A program made the translations under genes and the position numbers. Below are positions 18,934 through 27,601 of a stretch of 32,000 nucleotides of DNA, in pieces. This DNA comes from Candidatus Methylomirabilis oxygeniifera. GTDB lineage: Bacteria > Methylomirabilota > Methylomirabilia > Methylomirabilales > Methylomirabilaceae. The first letter of the stretch is position 1, and each line of letters begins with the position of its first letter. The stretch is taken from the NCBI GenBank assembly GCA_000091165.1, contig FP565575.1, positions 2,250,001-2,282,000 of the forward strand, read 5' to 3'. Below the pieces are notes generated by a model, which was not told the origin of the DNA, ran no database searches, and saw only the letters and a program-made list of their open reading frames with translations.

Positions 18934-19674
18934 ATGAGCGCTCCGGCCATTGAGTTCCGCCAGGTCTACAAGTCGTTCAACCACTTACCGATCCTGGCCG
19001 GGATGGATTTTACGATCGAGCCGGGCGAGACGGTCACCATCATCGGCGGAAGTGGGATCGGGAAAAGCGTCACCTTAAAACTGATCGTCGGCCTGCTCAA
19101 GCCGGAGGCAGGCCAGGTTCTCATTGAGGGGGAGGACATTGTACCGCTGGCGGAGGACCAGCTCATCAGAATTCGAAAGAAGATCGGGATGGTCTTTCAG
19201 AGCTCGGCGCTCTTCGATTCCCTCTCGGTGGCGGAGAATATCGCGTACCCTCTGCGGGAACATACAGCTATGTCGGAGCGGGAGATCCGGGAGCGGATTG
19301 CAGAGACGCTCCATCTTGTAGGACTCGAGGGCGCCGAGGACAAGGAGCCGGCCGACCTGTCGGGCGGGATGAGAAAGCGGGTCGCCTTAGCCAGAGCGAT
19401 CGCACTCACGCCAAGGATCATATTATACGACGAGCCGACGACCGGCCTGGATCCTACCAACACTGAGAAGATCAATGAGTTGATCGTCGACATGGACAGA
19501 AAGCTCGAGGTGACGTCGGTGGTGGTCACTCACGACATGCGGAGCGCATTCAAGATTTCCAATCGGATCGGCCTGCTGGACAAGGGCAAGATTGTCATCG
19601 TCGGAACGCCTGAGGAGATCCAACACGCCGATCTACCGCTGGTCCGGCAGTTTGTCAACGGGACAATGGCGTGA
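18934..19674 (+). CDS. mlaF: MlaF-family ABC transporter ATP-binding protein
   Basis: Walker A IIGGSGIGKSVTLKLIVGLL, signature LSGGMRKRVALARAI, Walker B IILYDEPTTGLDP; starts 1 bp after mlaE stop. Confidence 0.95.
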   Translation: MSAPAIEFRQVYKSFNHLPILAGMDFTIEPGETVTIIGGSGIGKSVTLKLIVGLLKPEAGQVLIEGEDIVPLAEDQLIRIRKKIGMVFQSSALFDSLSVAENIAYPLREHTAMSEREIRERIAETLHLVGLEGAEDKEPADLSGGMRKRVALARAIALTPRIILYDEPTTGLDPTNTEKINELIVDMDRKLEVTSVVVTHDMRSAFKISNRIGLLDKGKIVIVGTPEEIQHADLPLVRQFVNGTMA

Positions 19675-19686
19675 AGACGCAGCCAT

Positions 19687-19727
19687 CAGCGCTCAGCTAT
19701 CAGCAAGAACGATTACGCTGAGCGCTG
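19687..19727. repeat. Inverted repeat CAGCGCTCAG...CTGAGCGCTG in mlaF-mlaD gap
   Basis: Perfect 10-bp arms at 19687-19696 and 19718-19727; surrounding text (CAGCTATCAGC, CGCTGAACGCTGA) is an imperfect extension. Confidence 0.75.
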
Positions 19728-19750
19728 AACGCTGACTAAGAGGCAACTGA

Positions 19751-20710
19751 ATGGCGGAACGTGAGCAGTGGATGCGGTTGCGTGTGGGAATCTTTGTTCT
19801 GGGACTCCTGACTCTTTTCATCGTGTTCGTTCTGACTATCGGAAGCCGGAGCCGGATCTTCGAACGCCACTACACTCTGCACGCCTTTTTCAGCAACATC
19901 GAGGGACTCAATGTTGGCGCGCCGGTCCGTCTCGCCGGTACCTCCGTCGGTTCCGTCGATGACATTACCTTCAGTAAGGACCTTGCCAGCAAGAAGATCC
20001 GGGTCACCATGAGTCTGGACGCCAGGCTTCAGGACCGAATACGGGAGGATTCGATTGCGAGCATTGAGACCGTTGGGCTGGTCGGAGACAAGGTGCTCGA
20101 GTTAACGGTGGGCAGTCCTGATAAGCCGACCCTGCCCCCAGGGGCGACGATTGCGAGCGTCGATCCGCCCGACTATGCCAAACTGCTTCAGAAAGGCGAT
20201 CAGATCGTGAACAATGTGGTGAAGATCTCAGACGCCTTGAACCAGCTCGTGGGCGGCGGCGGGGCAGAAGCGCGGCAGGATCTGGCCAAGGGCATCGCCT
20301 CCTTCAACCGGATTATGAGCGAGATCGAACAGGGGACCGGACTGCTCCACGCGCTGGTCTATGAGAAGCGCTCGGGCAACATCCTGAAGGAGTTGTCTGA
20401 CACGACCGTCGCCCTTCAACAGTTGGCACATTTAATGAAGCAGTTTCAGAATCAAAAGGGGTTGGCGCACGTCCTGTTTGCAGATCCACGAGCCGAATCG
20501 ATCATGGCCGATCTCGATCAGACCTCCAAGAATCTCAAGTCGGTCTCCGGCCGCCTGGCTCAAGGGGAGGGGACGCTTGGCGCCCTCATCGACGACCCTA
20601 CGCTGTATGAGGATCTGTCGTCGCTCCTGCGTGGGGCCAATCGCAGCCGGATCCTGCGAAGCCTGATCCGGTCCACTCGGCGGTCCGGCGCCCCGGTTGA
20701 GCCTCAATGA
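19751..20710 (+). CDS. mlaD: MlaD/MCE-domain protein
   Basis: N-terminal TM then MCE domain (YTLHAFFSNIEGLNVGAPVRLAGTSVGSVDDITF...VTMSLDARLQDRIREDSIASIETVGLVGDKVLELT), coiled C-terminus. Confidence 0.93.
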   Translation: MAEREQWMRLRVGIFVLGLLTLFIVFVLTIGSRSRIFERHYTLHAFFSNIEGLNVGAPVRLAGTSVGSVDDITFSKDLASKKIRVTMSLDARLQDRIREDSIASIETVGLVGDKVLELTVGSPDKPTLPPGATIASVDPPDYAKLLQKGDQIVNNVVKISDALNQLVGGGGAEARQDLAKGIASFNRIMSEIEQGTGLLHALVYEKRSGNILKELSDTTVALQQLAHLMKQFQNQKGLAHVLFADPRAESIMADLDQTSKNLKSVSGRLAQGEGTLGALIDDPTLYEDLSSLLRGANRSRILRSLIRSTRRSGAPVEPQ

Positions 20711-23190
20711 GTACGCCCTCTCCGGTATCGGTGATCGTCCACGGCCACTTCTACCAGCCACCGCGCGAGAATCCCTGGACCGATGAGGTGGAGCAGCAGT
20801 CCTCCGCCGCCCCCGCCCACGACTGGAATCAGCGGATTACGGCGGAGTGCTATACCCCGAATGGATGGGCCAGGCTCCTGGACCACGAGGGCCGGATCGT
20901 CAGGCTGATCAACAACTATGCGGGCATCAGCTTTGATATCGGACCGACACTCTTCCGCTGGCTCGAACGCAACGCCCCCGAGACTGTTCGCCGCATGATC
21001 GAGGGCGATCGCGACAGCATGATCCGATGCGGCGGCCACGGCAATGCTATGGCCCACCCGTACGTCCACGCCATCCTGCCGCTCGCCCACCCAACAGACC
21101 GCGTCACGCTGATCAGGTGGGGAGTCGCCGAGTTTGAGTCTCGCTTCGACCGCAAGCCGGAGGGGATGTGGCTTCCGGAGACCGGGGTGGACTTGGCTAC
21201 CCTTTCGCTGCTCAGTGCGCACGGGATCCGTTATGCTGTCCTGGCGCCGTGGCAGGCTACACGGGTGCGCCCGTTAGAAGGAGAGCGGTGGCATGAACTG
21301 GGCTCGGATTGGATTGATCCGTCGCGCCCATACAGGTGTCGCCTGCCGCATGGGGGCACGATCGACCTGTTTTTCTATGATGCAGGCCTGTCCCGCGCTA
21401 TCGCCTTTGATGGCCTGTTACAGGGACCCGATCGCCTCGCCGGCCGACTTGCCGATGTCGTCCGCAGCTCGCCATCACGCCTGCATATCCTCTGCACCGA
21501 CGGTGAGTCGTACGGTCATCATACCAGGTTCGGAGAGCGCGCGCTGGCCGTGTTGCTGGCGAAAGAGACCGCGTCGAAGGAGTTCGCGATCACTAACTTC
21601 GGGGCCTACCTCGCGAGCGCGCCCCCCACACATGAGGTTGTGATTCGAGATGAAAGCGCCTGGAGCTGCGCCCACGGCTTGGGGCGGTGGAAGGAAGACT
21701 GCGGATGCAGCACCGGCGGCCAGCCGGGTTGGCGCCAGAGCTGGCGGGCGCCCTTCCGAGAGGCCATTGACGGTCTTCGCAACGATCTGCACCGCCTCTT
21801 TGCAGAACAGGCGGGTCGATTGTTTACCGATGTCTCGGCCGCGAGGAACGATTACATCGCCGTACTCCTTGATCGGAGCAACCCCGCCGTTGAGGCATTC
21901 TTCGGTAAGCACGCTCGCCGATCGCTCTCGACGCAGGATAAAGCGGCGGCACTACAACTACTGGAGATGCAGCGACACACCCTTCTGATGCAGTCCAGCG
22001 ACGGCTGGTTCTTCAGCGATATCTCCGACATCGAGGCTGTGCAGAATCTTAAACATGCGGCGCGGGCTCTTGATCTCGCTTCTGCCTTCGTAACGGCGAA
22101 TCTGGAAACGCGATTTCTGGCCAGACTTCAGGCGGTAAAGAGCAATCTTCCCTCTGAACGCGACGGCCGGCGTATCTGGGAAGTCAGGGTTCGCACGACA
22201 CGGGTCGACCTCGCTCGTCCCGCAGTCCTATACGCCATGCGGTCGCTGGCGGCGAACCTGCCCGAGCCCTATCGCGTGTACAGCTTTGACCTCCATCGGT
22301 TGAGCCTTGAGCGCTTCCCGTTCATCAATGGGACGATGCTCGTCGGCGGCGTCGAGGTCTGCTCATCCCTCACCCTCGAGCGCAAGGCGTTCGGATTTGT
22401 CCTCAAATGGTTGGATGCCGACGGCATAGCCGGCTATCTGTTTCCGTGGAAGGGCGAGGAGGATCTCCGGCGACGGCGAGAGGCATGTGAGGGTCAGGGC
22501 GAAAGCCTGTCACTGCCGGACGACACCCAGACCGTACCGATTTCATTCAAGATGCTTTCCCAGGAAGAGCGGCAGGAGGTCTTAATAGCGTTCTACGCGG
22601 GGTGGGACGTACTCCGCAAACGCTACGATGAGCTGGCAGCGCGAACTCAGGGATTGCTCCGCGCGTTCTTGGACGGGGGGGTCGCTCCCCCGGAGGCGCT
22701 GAAAGCCCCGACTGCGTTTATCGTAAGCCGCACTCTGGAGGAATCCATGCGGCAGTGGCTGTTGGAAGGCGGGACAGACCTATACCGCTGTCTACTGCTG
22801 CTGGCTGATGACGCGAAGCGACTCGATCTTCCACAACCGGCGCACTTGCAGGATCTCCTGACCAGGGCATTCGGGATGCGGTTGACGCGGCTACGCGAAT
22901 GTCCTGACTCAGATCGACTCCGGGAGGTACAGGATGTTGTCGACCTCGCTGACCGGCTTGGCTACACCATGGACCAACCGGAATCTGTCGTCCTGATGTA
23001 TGACCTCCTCACGCACGATCTGCCGCCGCTGATTGAGCAGACACTGCAGACCGAGTCCAGGGAGCAGTGCGACCTGATCTTGGCTGTTCTTCGCCTTGGC
23101 GAACAATTCGGATTTGCAACCGGGAGACTTCGGCAGCGCCTTCGTCCATTCGAAGAGCGACTGGCGGCCGATCCCGGTCTCTGGCCGTAA
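20707..23190 (+). CDS. Glycoside hydrolase family 57-like protein with DUF3536 C-terminal region
   Basis: VHGHFYQPPRENPW, GIRYAVLAPWQA, GMWLPETGVD; typical 827-aa GH57/DUF3536 layout; ATGA overlap with mlaD stop. Confidence 0.9.
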   Translation: MSTPSPVSVIVHGHFYQPPRENPWTDEVEQQSSAAPAHDWNQRITAECYTPNGWARLLDHEGRIVRLINNYAGISFDIGPTLFRWLERNAPETVRRMIEGDRDSMIRCGGHGNAMAHPYVHAILPLAHPTDRVTLIRWGVAEFESRFDRKPEGMWLPETGVDLATLSLLSAHGIRYAVLAPWQATRVRPLEGERWHELGSDWIDPSRPYRCRLPHGGTIDLFFYDAGLSRAIAFDGLLQGPDRLAGRLADVVRSSPSRLHILCTDGESYGHHTRFGERALAVLLAKETASKEFAITNFGAYLASAPPTHEVVIRDESAWSCAHGLGRWKEDCGCSTGGQPGWRQSWRAPFREAIDGLRNDLHRLFAEQAGRLFTDVSAARNDYIAVLLDRSNPAVEAFFGKHARRSLSTQDKAAALQLLEMQRHTLLMQSSDGWFFSDISDIEAVQNLKHAARALDLASAFVTANLETRFLARLQAVKSNLPSERDGRRIWEVRVRTTRVDLARPAVLYAMRSLAANLPEPYRVYSFDLHRLSLERFPFINGTMLVGGVEVCSSLTLERKAFGFVLKWLDADGIAGYLFPWKGEEDLRRRREACEGQGESLSLPDDTQTVPISFKMLSQEERQEVLIAFYAGWDVLRKRYDELAARTQGLLRAFLDGGVAPPEALKAPTAFIVSRTLEESMRQWLLEGGTDLYRCLLLLADDAKRLDLPQPAHLQDLLTRAFGMRLTRLRECPDSDRLREVQDVVDLADRLGYTMDQPESVVLMYDLLTHDLPPLIEQTLQTESREQCDLILAVLRLGEQFGFATGRLRQRLRPFEERLAADPGLWP

Positions 23191-23252
23191 AGGCAGTAGT
23201 CAGTGTTCAGTTTTTAGCGACAAGCTGATGGTTGAGAGCTAAAAGGAGTATC

Positions 23253-24575
23253 ATGGAAGGCTTAGACAGCGGAACGCTCTTGCTGGAGACAATCTTCATC
23301 TTCATGCTCATTCTGCTCAACGGCTTCTTCGCCGGCTCGGAGATGGCCATTGTGTCGCTCCGCCGAAGCCGGGTGCAGGAACTTGTGGAAGCCGGAGATA
23401 GCCGGGCATCGACGGTTCAGCGGCTCAAGGATGACCCCGACCGATTTTTTACCACCATCCAGATCGGGATCAATCTCGTCAGCACGCTGGCCTCCGCGCT
23501 CGGCGGGGCGCTGGCAGTGAGAGTGATCCGCCCGTTGCTGGATCGCCTTCCCGGCGGCGGACTGGGAGCGGGGGGCGAGCTGGTTGCCCTTGGGATAGTG
23601 GTCATGGTTATCACCTATCTCACGATCGTCTTTGGAGAGCTGGTTCCCAAATCGCTTGGCCTCCGCTATGCGGAACGGGTTGCCCTCGCGATCGCCGGAC
23701 TTCACGAGGCCCTTGGCCGGTGGTTCTCGTTGTTCGGTCGTCCGTTGACTGCGTCAAGCCGCCTGATCCTTTCGCTCTTCCGCGCCGCTCCTCATGGAAC
23801 GACAGGGTTTGTCAGCGAGGAGGAGATCAAGTTGATGGTCCAGGAAGGGAAGGAGCAGGGAATTTTCGACCAGACCGAGCAGGAGCTGATTCATAGCGTC
23901 TTCGAATTCACGGAGACCTCGGTCAAGGAGGTCATGATTCCTCGCCCCCAGATTGAGGCGATTGAGCTGGACACCCCGCTGGCAGAGGTACTCAAGTTCG
24001 TGGTGGAGACGGGTTACTCCCGATACCCCATCTACCACAAGAGTCTGGACGACATCTGCGGCATCCTGCACTACAAGGACCTGCTGCGGCTACAACTGGA
24101 GGACCGCGAGATCTCCCTCAAGACCATCACGCACCCCGCCTACTTCGTCCCGGAAACAATGCAGGTCAGCCAACTCCTGAAGGAGCTCCAACGGCGGCGG
24201 CTTTCGATGGCGATCGTGGTGGATGAACATGGGGGCGTGGACGGGCTGGTCGCCATGGAGGATCTCCTCGAAGAAATCGTCGGAGAGATCCACGATGAGT
24301 ACGAGGCTACAGAGAAACCCGTCGAACATCTGCGAGACGGCTCGCTCATCATCGACGCCTCGCTGAACATCAAGGACCTGCACGATGAGTACGGGTTGCC
24401 CTTTCCTGAATCGCCGACTTACGAGACCCTGGCGGGCTTTATGCTGACCCAGCTTCAGCGTATACCGAAGGGTGGCGACATCATCACCTATCAGGGCAAG
24501 AAACTGACGATCGTTGATATGGAAGGCCGCCGTATCGCCCGAATCAAGGTTGAAGACGTGCCGGCCACGCATTGA
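23253..24575 (+). CDS. Hemolysin-C/CorC family (DUF21-CBS-transporter-associated domain) membrane protein
   Basis: LNGFFAGSEMAIVSLRRSRVQELVEAG, GRRLSMAIVVDEHGGVDGLVAMEDLLEEIVGEIHDEY; RBS AAAGGAG before ATG 23253. Confidence 0.93.
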   Translation: MEGLDSGTLLLETIFIFMLILLNGFFAGSEMAIVSLRRSRVQELVEAGDSRASTVQRLKDDPDRFFTTIQIGINLVSTLASALGGALAVRVIRPLLDRLPGGGLGAGGELVALGIVVMVITYLTIVFGELVPKSLGLRYAERVALAIAGLHEALGRWFSLFGRPLTASSRLILSLFRAAPHGTTGFVSEEEIKLMVQEGKEQGIFDQTEQELIHSVFEFTETSVKEVMIPRPQIEAIELDTPLAEVLKFVVETGYSRYPIYHKSLDDICGILHYKDLLRLQLEDREISLKTITHPAYFVPETMQVSQLLKELQRRRLSMAIVVDEHGGVDGLVAMEDLLEEIVGEIHDEYEATEKPVEHLRDGSLIIDASLNIKDLHDEYGLPFPESPTYETLAGFMLTQLQRIPKGGDIITYQGKKLTIVDMEGRRIARIKVEDVPATH

Positions 24576-24589
24576 ACAGGAGACATGAT

Positions 24590-24889
24590 ATGAATCAGTT
24601 GTCCCTGATAGGCTTCCTGATACTCGCAATGATCGTCGCTATCTTTTCCATTCAGAACTCCGGTGAGGCGGTTGTTACATTTATCGGGTGGCAGTTTCAG
24701 AGTTCGCTGGTGGTCGTGATCCTGATTTCAACTGCCCTCGGGGCGATCATGGCCATCTTCTTGAGTCTCCCCGGTACATTCCGGCTGCGCATGCGAATGC
24801 GGGAACAGGCACAGCGAATTGCTGAGCTCGAGCAGCAACTCCAACAACGCGAAACAAAACGCACGAAGGATCTGTCCGACACCCAATGA
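24590..24889 (+). CDS. LapA/DUF1049-like two-TM membrane protein
   Basis: MNQLSLIGFLILAMIVAIFSIQNSGEAVVTFIGWQFQSSLVVVILISTALGAIMAIFLSLP followed by coiled coil. Confidence 0.85.
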   Translation: MNQLSLIGFLILAMIVAIFSIQNSGEAVVTFIGWQFQSSLVVVILISTALGAIMAIFLSLPGTFRLRMRMREQAQRIAELEQQLQQRETKRTKDLSDTQ

Positions 24890-24964
24890 GCGGAAAGCGA
24901 GGTCCCGCACGGTAGATTTCGGGAGCATTCAGATCGTATGCAGGACTTTTCTAGAGGAGAAAGT

Positions 24965-24993
24965 AGGACATAGAAGATAGTTTGGTATATAAT
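24965..24993 (+). promoter_or_regulatory. Candidate sigma70-type promoter
   Basis: AGGACA (24965-24970), 17-bp spacer, consensus TATAAT (24988-24993), in AT-rich gap before 25053. Confidence 0.55.
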
Positions 24994-25052
24994 GTTTTTG
25001 ATTGTGTGATTTGAATGGCTGTCCCGGTAACAATCGAAGGAGGAACTGAATA

Positions 25053-25826
25053 ATGAAATACCTAATATCATTATGCTGCGCAATATTTCTATTTATCGCC
25101 TGGACGTCCCAGGCCGGCGCCCACGGCGGTGAGGGGATGGGCGGCATGGACAAGATGGACGCGTGCGTCCAAAAGAAGGGGCACTACACGGTTCACTTCT
25201 CGGCCTACCAGCAACAATACGGCGAATCAGCGATCGGCATGCTGCAGGAAGTAGGATCCGAAAAGCTCAAGCGGGAATTCCAGTCGTATTGTGAAGGACT
25301 ACCGAAAACGGGCAAGATGGCGATAACCTTTGACCTGCTCAATGAGGAGATGCGAGATCTGCCCATTTCCGTTCAGATTGTGTCGGCCGACGAAGACCGT
25401 AGCAAAGGTCATGAAGACGGCGATAGCGCGCATTCCCATGCTATCGTCTCTCTGCCGCCGACAGTGTACCGTGATGGGTCGATTAGACTCACGGCCGATA
25501 TTCCCACAGCCGGTCATTATAAGGCCATTATGAAGTTGGAAGAGGTCGGGCCAGGGATTGCCCATAAGCCCCATACTGCCGCCGACCCGGGAGAGTTGGA
25601 CTTGGTCAGGCACAGCCACGGCGGCGGTAGCGACCCGACAGATGTGGAGATGCATGCCGTTGATCCGACGTTTACTATGCCCTTTACGGTCGGCCTAACG
25701 CAGGCAGCGGGATCTTCGTTCGTGTCCACCGTGGGGCTCCAGGTAATCGGTATAGTGTTCGGCCTGTCGGTCCTTGTCGGTGGCCTCATCTTCTTCAGGA
25801 ACGGTAAGCAGAAAAAAGAGGCCTAA
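25053..25826 (+). CDS. Exported His/Met-rich protein with C-terminal TM anchor, unknown function
   Basis: RBS GGAGG; signal peptide MKYLISLCCAIFLFIAWTSQAGA then HGGEGMGGMDKMDAC; HEDGDSAHSHA and RHSHGGG clusters; C-terminal LQVIGIVFGLSVLVGGLIFF-RNGKQKKEA. Confidence 0.85.
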   Translation: MKYLISLCCAIFLFIAWTSQAGAHGGEGMGGMDKMDACVQKKGHYTVHFSAYQQQYGESAIGMLQEVGSEKLKREFQSYCEGLPKTGKMAITFDLLNEEMRDLPISVQIVSADEDRSKGHEDGDSAHSHAIVSLPPTVYRDGSIRLTADIPTAGHYKAIMKLEEVGPGIAHKPHTAADPGELDLVRHSHGGGSDPTDVEMHAVDPTFTMPFTVGLTQAAGSSFVSTVGLQVIGIVFGLSVLVGGLIFFRNGKQKKEA

Positions 25827-25842
25827 GAGAACAGCGAAGACT

Positions 25843-25862
25843 TGCCGGATTTTTCTCCGGCA
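25843..25862 (+). terminator. Short hairpin, possible weak terminator
   Basis: TGCCGGA-TTTTTC-TCCGGCA, 7-bp arms, 17 bp after stop at 25826; no downstream T-run. Confidence 0.35.
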
Positions 25863-26094
25863 CGGGAAATAACCCGGCTATTCAAGCAGTGAATGGGTGC
25901 TCGACGGCGGCCCTGATTTCAGAACCGAATGTGCGGGGCCGTCGCGAGAATCGCCCGCGGGTCTTTCCACCCACCACGAATGCTCCCGCCCTCTCTGTCT
26001 CCGGTATGGTCTTACTCAGACACGTGAGCAAGAAGGCATGTATGGGGATGGGCCCCGCATGCGTTGCCACGGCGGCCCATGCCGGTCCATTCTG

Positions 26095-26163
26095 GCCCGT
26101 CATTCCGTGCTTGATACGGAATCCAGTCGGGCTCTCTAGATACCGGCTTTCGCCGGTATGACG
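26095..26163. repeat. Degenerate dispersed repeat with TACCGGC-TTTC-GCCGGTA hairpin
   Basis: CGTCATTCCGTGCTTGATACGGAATCCAGTCGGGCTCTCTAGATACCGGCTTTCGCCGGTATGACG resembles the common intergenic CATTCC...GGAATCCAG...GGATACCGGC family; hairpin 26141-26158. Confidence 0.65.
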
Positions 26164-26217
26164 AACTCGCGGCAAGCTGCGGGGAATGAACCCTCAGTAG
26201 ATTCAAAAGGTGTTCAC

Positions 26218-27543
26218 ATGCAGCACGTGAGACTATTCCGCGGGCATATCTTGAATCCGGCGGCAGAAGATCGGTATACGCTTCATGCGGACGGAGGAAT
26301 GGTCACAGATGAAGGCGGCATCATTCTCGAAGTCGGGGACTATCCTGCGGTAACAGATCGGTATCCGAGCGCCACCCTGATTGACTGCTCCGATCGCCTG
26401 ATTCTACCTGGCTTTATCGACACCCACACCCACCTTCCGCAATACAGGGCAGTGGCGTTGTACGGCCAAGAACTGCTCGAGTGGCTCAATCGAGACATCT
26501 TGCCGGCAGAAAGGGAGTTCACTCCTGAGGCCGCCGATACCCTGTGCCCCCTTTTCTTCCGCACGCTCCTCTCTTATGGTGTGACGACCGCTGCCGTCTA
26601 TTGCTCGGTCCAGAAGGAGAGTACCCACGTCGCCTTTGAATGGGCAGAAAAAACAGGGATCAGGGCGATCATCGGGAAGGTCATGATGGACCGGAACGCT
26701 CCGGATTTTCTTCTGGAAAACACGGTAGAATCGCTTCACGCGAGCGAGGAGGTATGCCGAAAGTGGCACGGCGCAGCCAATGGGAGGTTGCTCTATGCCT
26801 TTACGCCGAGGTTTGCTCCGACATGCAGCAGGGCACTGATGAGGGGTGTGGGTGAGCTGGCCAGCCAGTACGGTGCGTACATTCAGACCCATCTAGCCGA
26901 AAATCCGGCTGAGCTACAATGGGTCAGAGAACTGTTCCCGGAGGCCAGAAGCTACACTGATGTCTATTTCAGAGCCGGCCTCTTGGGCCCTAAGACTGTG
27001 CTGGCCCACGCCATCCATGTCAGCTCCGATGAGCGGTGCCTGCTAACAGAAACGGGAACCTGCGTGTCTCACTGCCCCACCTCCAACCTCTTCCTCAGGA
27101 GCGGACTCATGCCGTTGCGCGAACTGCTGGACATGGGGCTACATATCGGTTTAGGGTCGGACGTGGGCGGTGGGCCGACCCTCTCTCCGTTTGAAATCAT
27201 GCGCTCAGCGATCTATGTCCACACCGCCCGCCGTTTTCTCCCTGACTTCGGCGGTGGAGACATCTCCCCAACCACGGCCTTGTATATGGCAACACTGGGA
27301 GGCGCAAAGGCGTTAGGACTGGACGACAAAATCGGCAGCCTTGCATGCGGCAAAGAGGCGGACTTCATCGTGGTGAATCCACAAAGACTCAGCCCATTGT
27401 CGACAGAAAAAGCGATGGACATCTCCCCGGACACGCTTATCTCCCGCATGATCTTTCGGGGGGATGACCGTATCGTTGAGCAGACCTACGTTCGGGGAGT
27501 CCTCTGCCACGATCGCAGTTCGCACGGAAACAACGAGAGGTAA
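26218..27543 (+). CDS. guaD: Guanine-deaminase-like amidohydrolase
   Basis: Metal motif GFIDTHTHLPQY, HLAEN, HAIHVSSDE, LGSDVGGGPTLSPFEIMRSA, HCPTSNLFLRSG; start ATG 26218 (ORF track runs from 26158). Confidence 0.87.
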   Translation: MQHVRLFRGHILNPAAEDRYTLHADGGMVTDEGGIILEVGDYPAVTDRYPSATLIDCSDRLILPGFIDTHTHLPQYRAVALYGQELLEWLNRDILPAEREFTPEAADTLCPLFFRTLLSYGVTTAAVYCSVQKESTHVAFEWAEKTGIRAIIGKVMMDRNAPDFLLENTVESLHASEEVCRKWHGAANGRLLYAFTPRFAPTCSRALMRGVGELASQYGAYIQTHLAENPAELQWVRELFPEARSYTDVYFRAGLLGPKTVLAHAIHVSSDERCLLTETGTCVSHCPTSNLFLRSGLMPLRELLDMGLHIGLGSDVGGGPTLSPFEIMRSAIYVHTARRFLPDFGGGDISPTTALYMATLGGAKALGLDDKIGSLACGKEADFIVVNPQRLSPLSTEKAMDISPDTLISRMIFRGDDRIVEQTYVRGVLCHDRSSHGNNER

Positions 27544-27601
27544 AGCTCTAAGCGCAATGTTACGCGAGTCTACCTAAGCGGCGCCGAGCCGAGCCCAAAT
27601 C

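Noticed and set aside
25889-26206. Overlapping ORFs on both strands between the His-rich gene and guaD
   Set aside because: They run through the dispersed repeat and palindromic text (e.g. HTGESRYLES); typical false ORFs of intergenic repeats.
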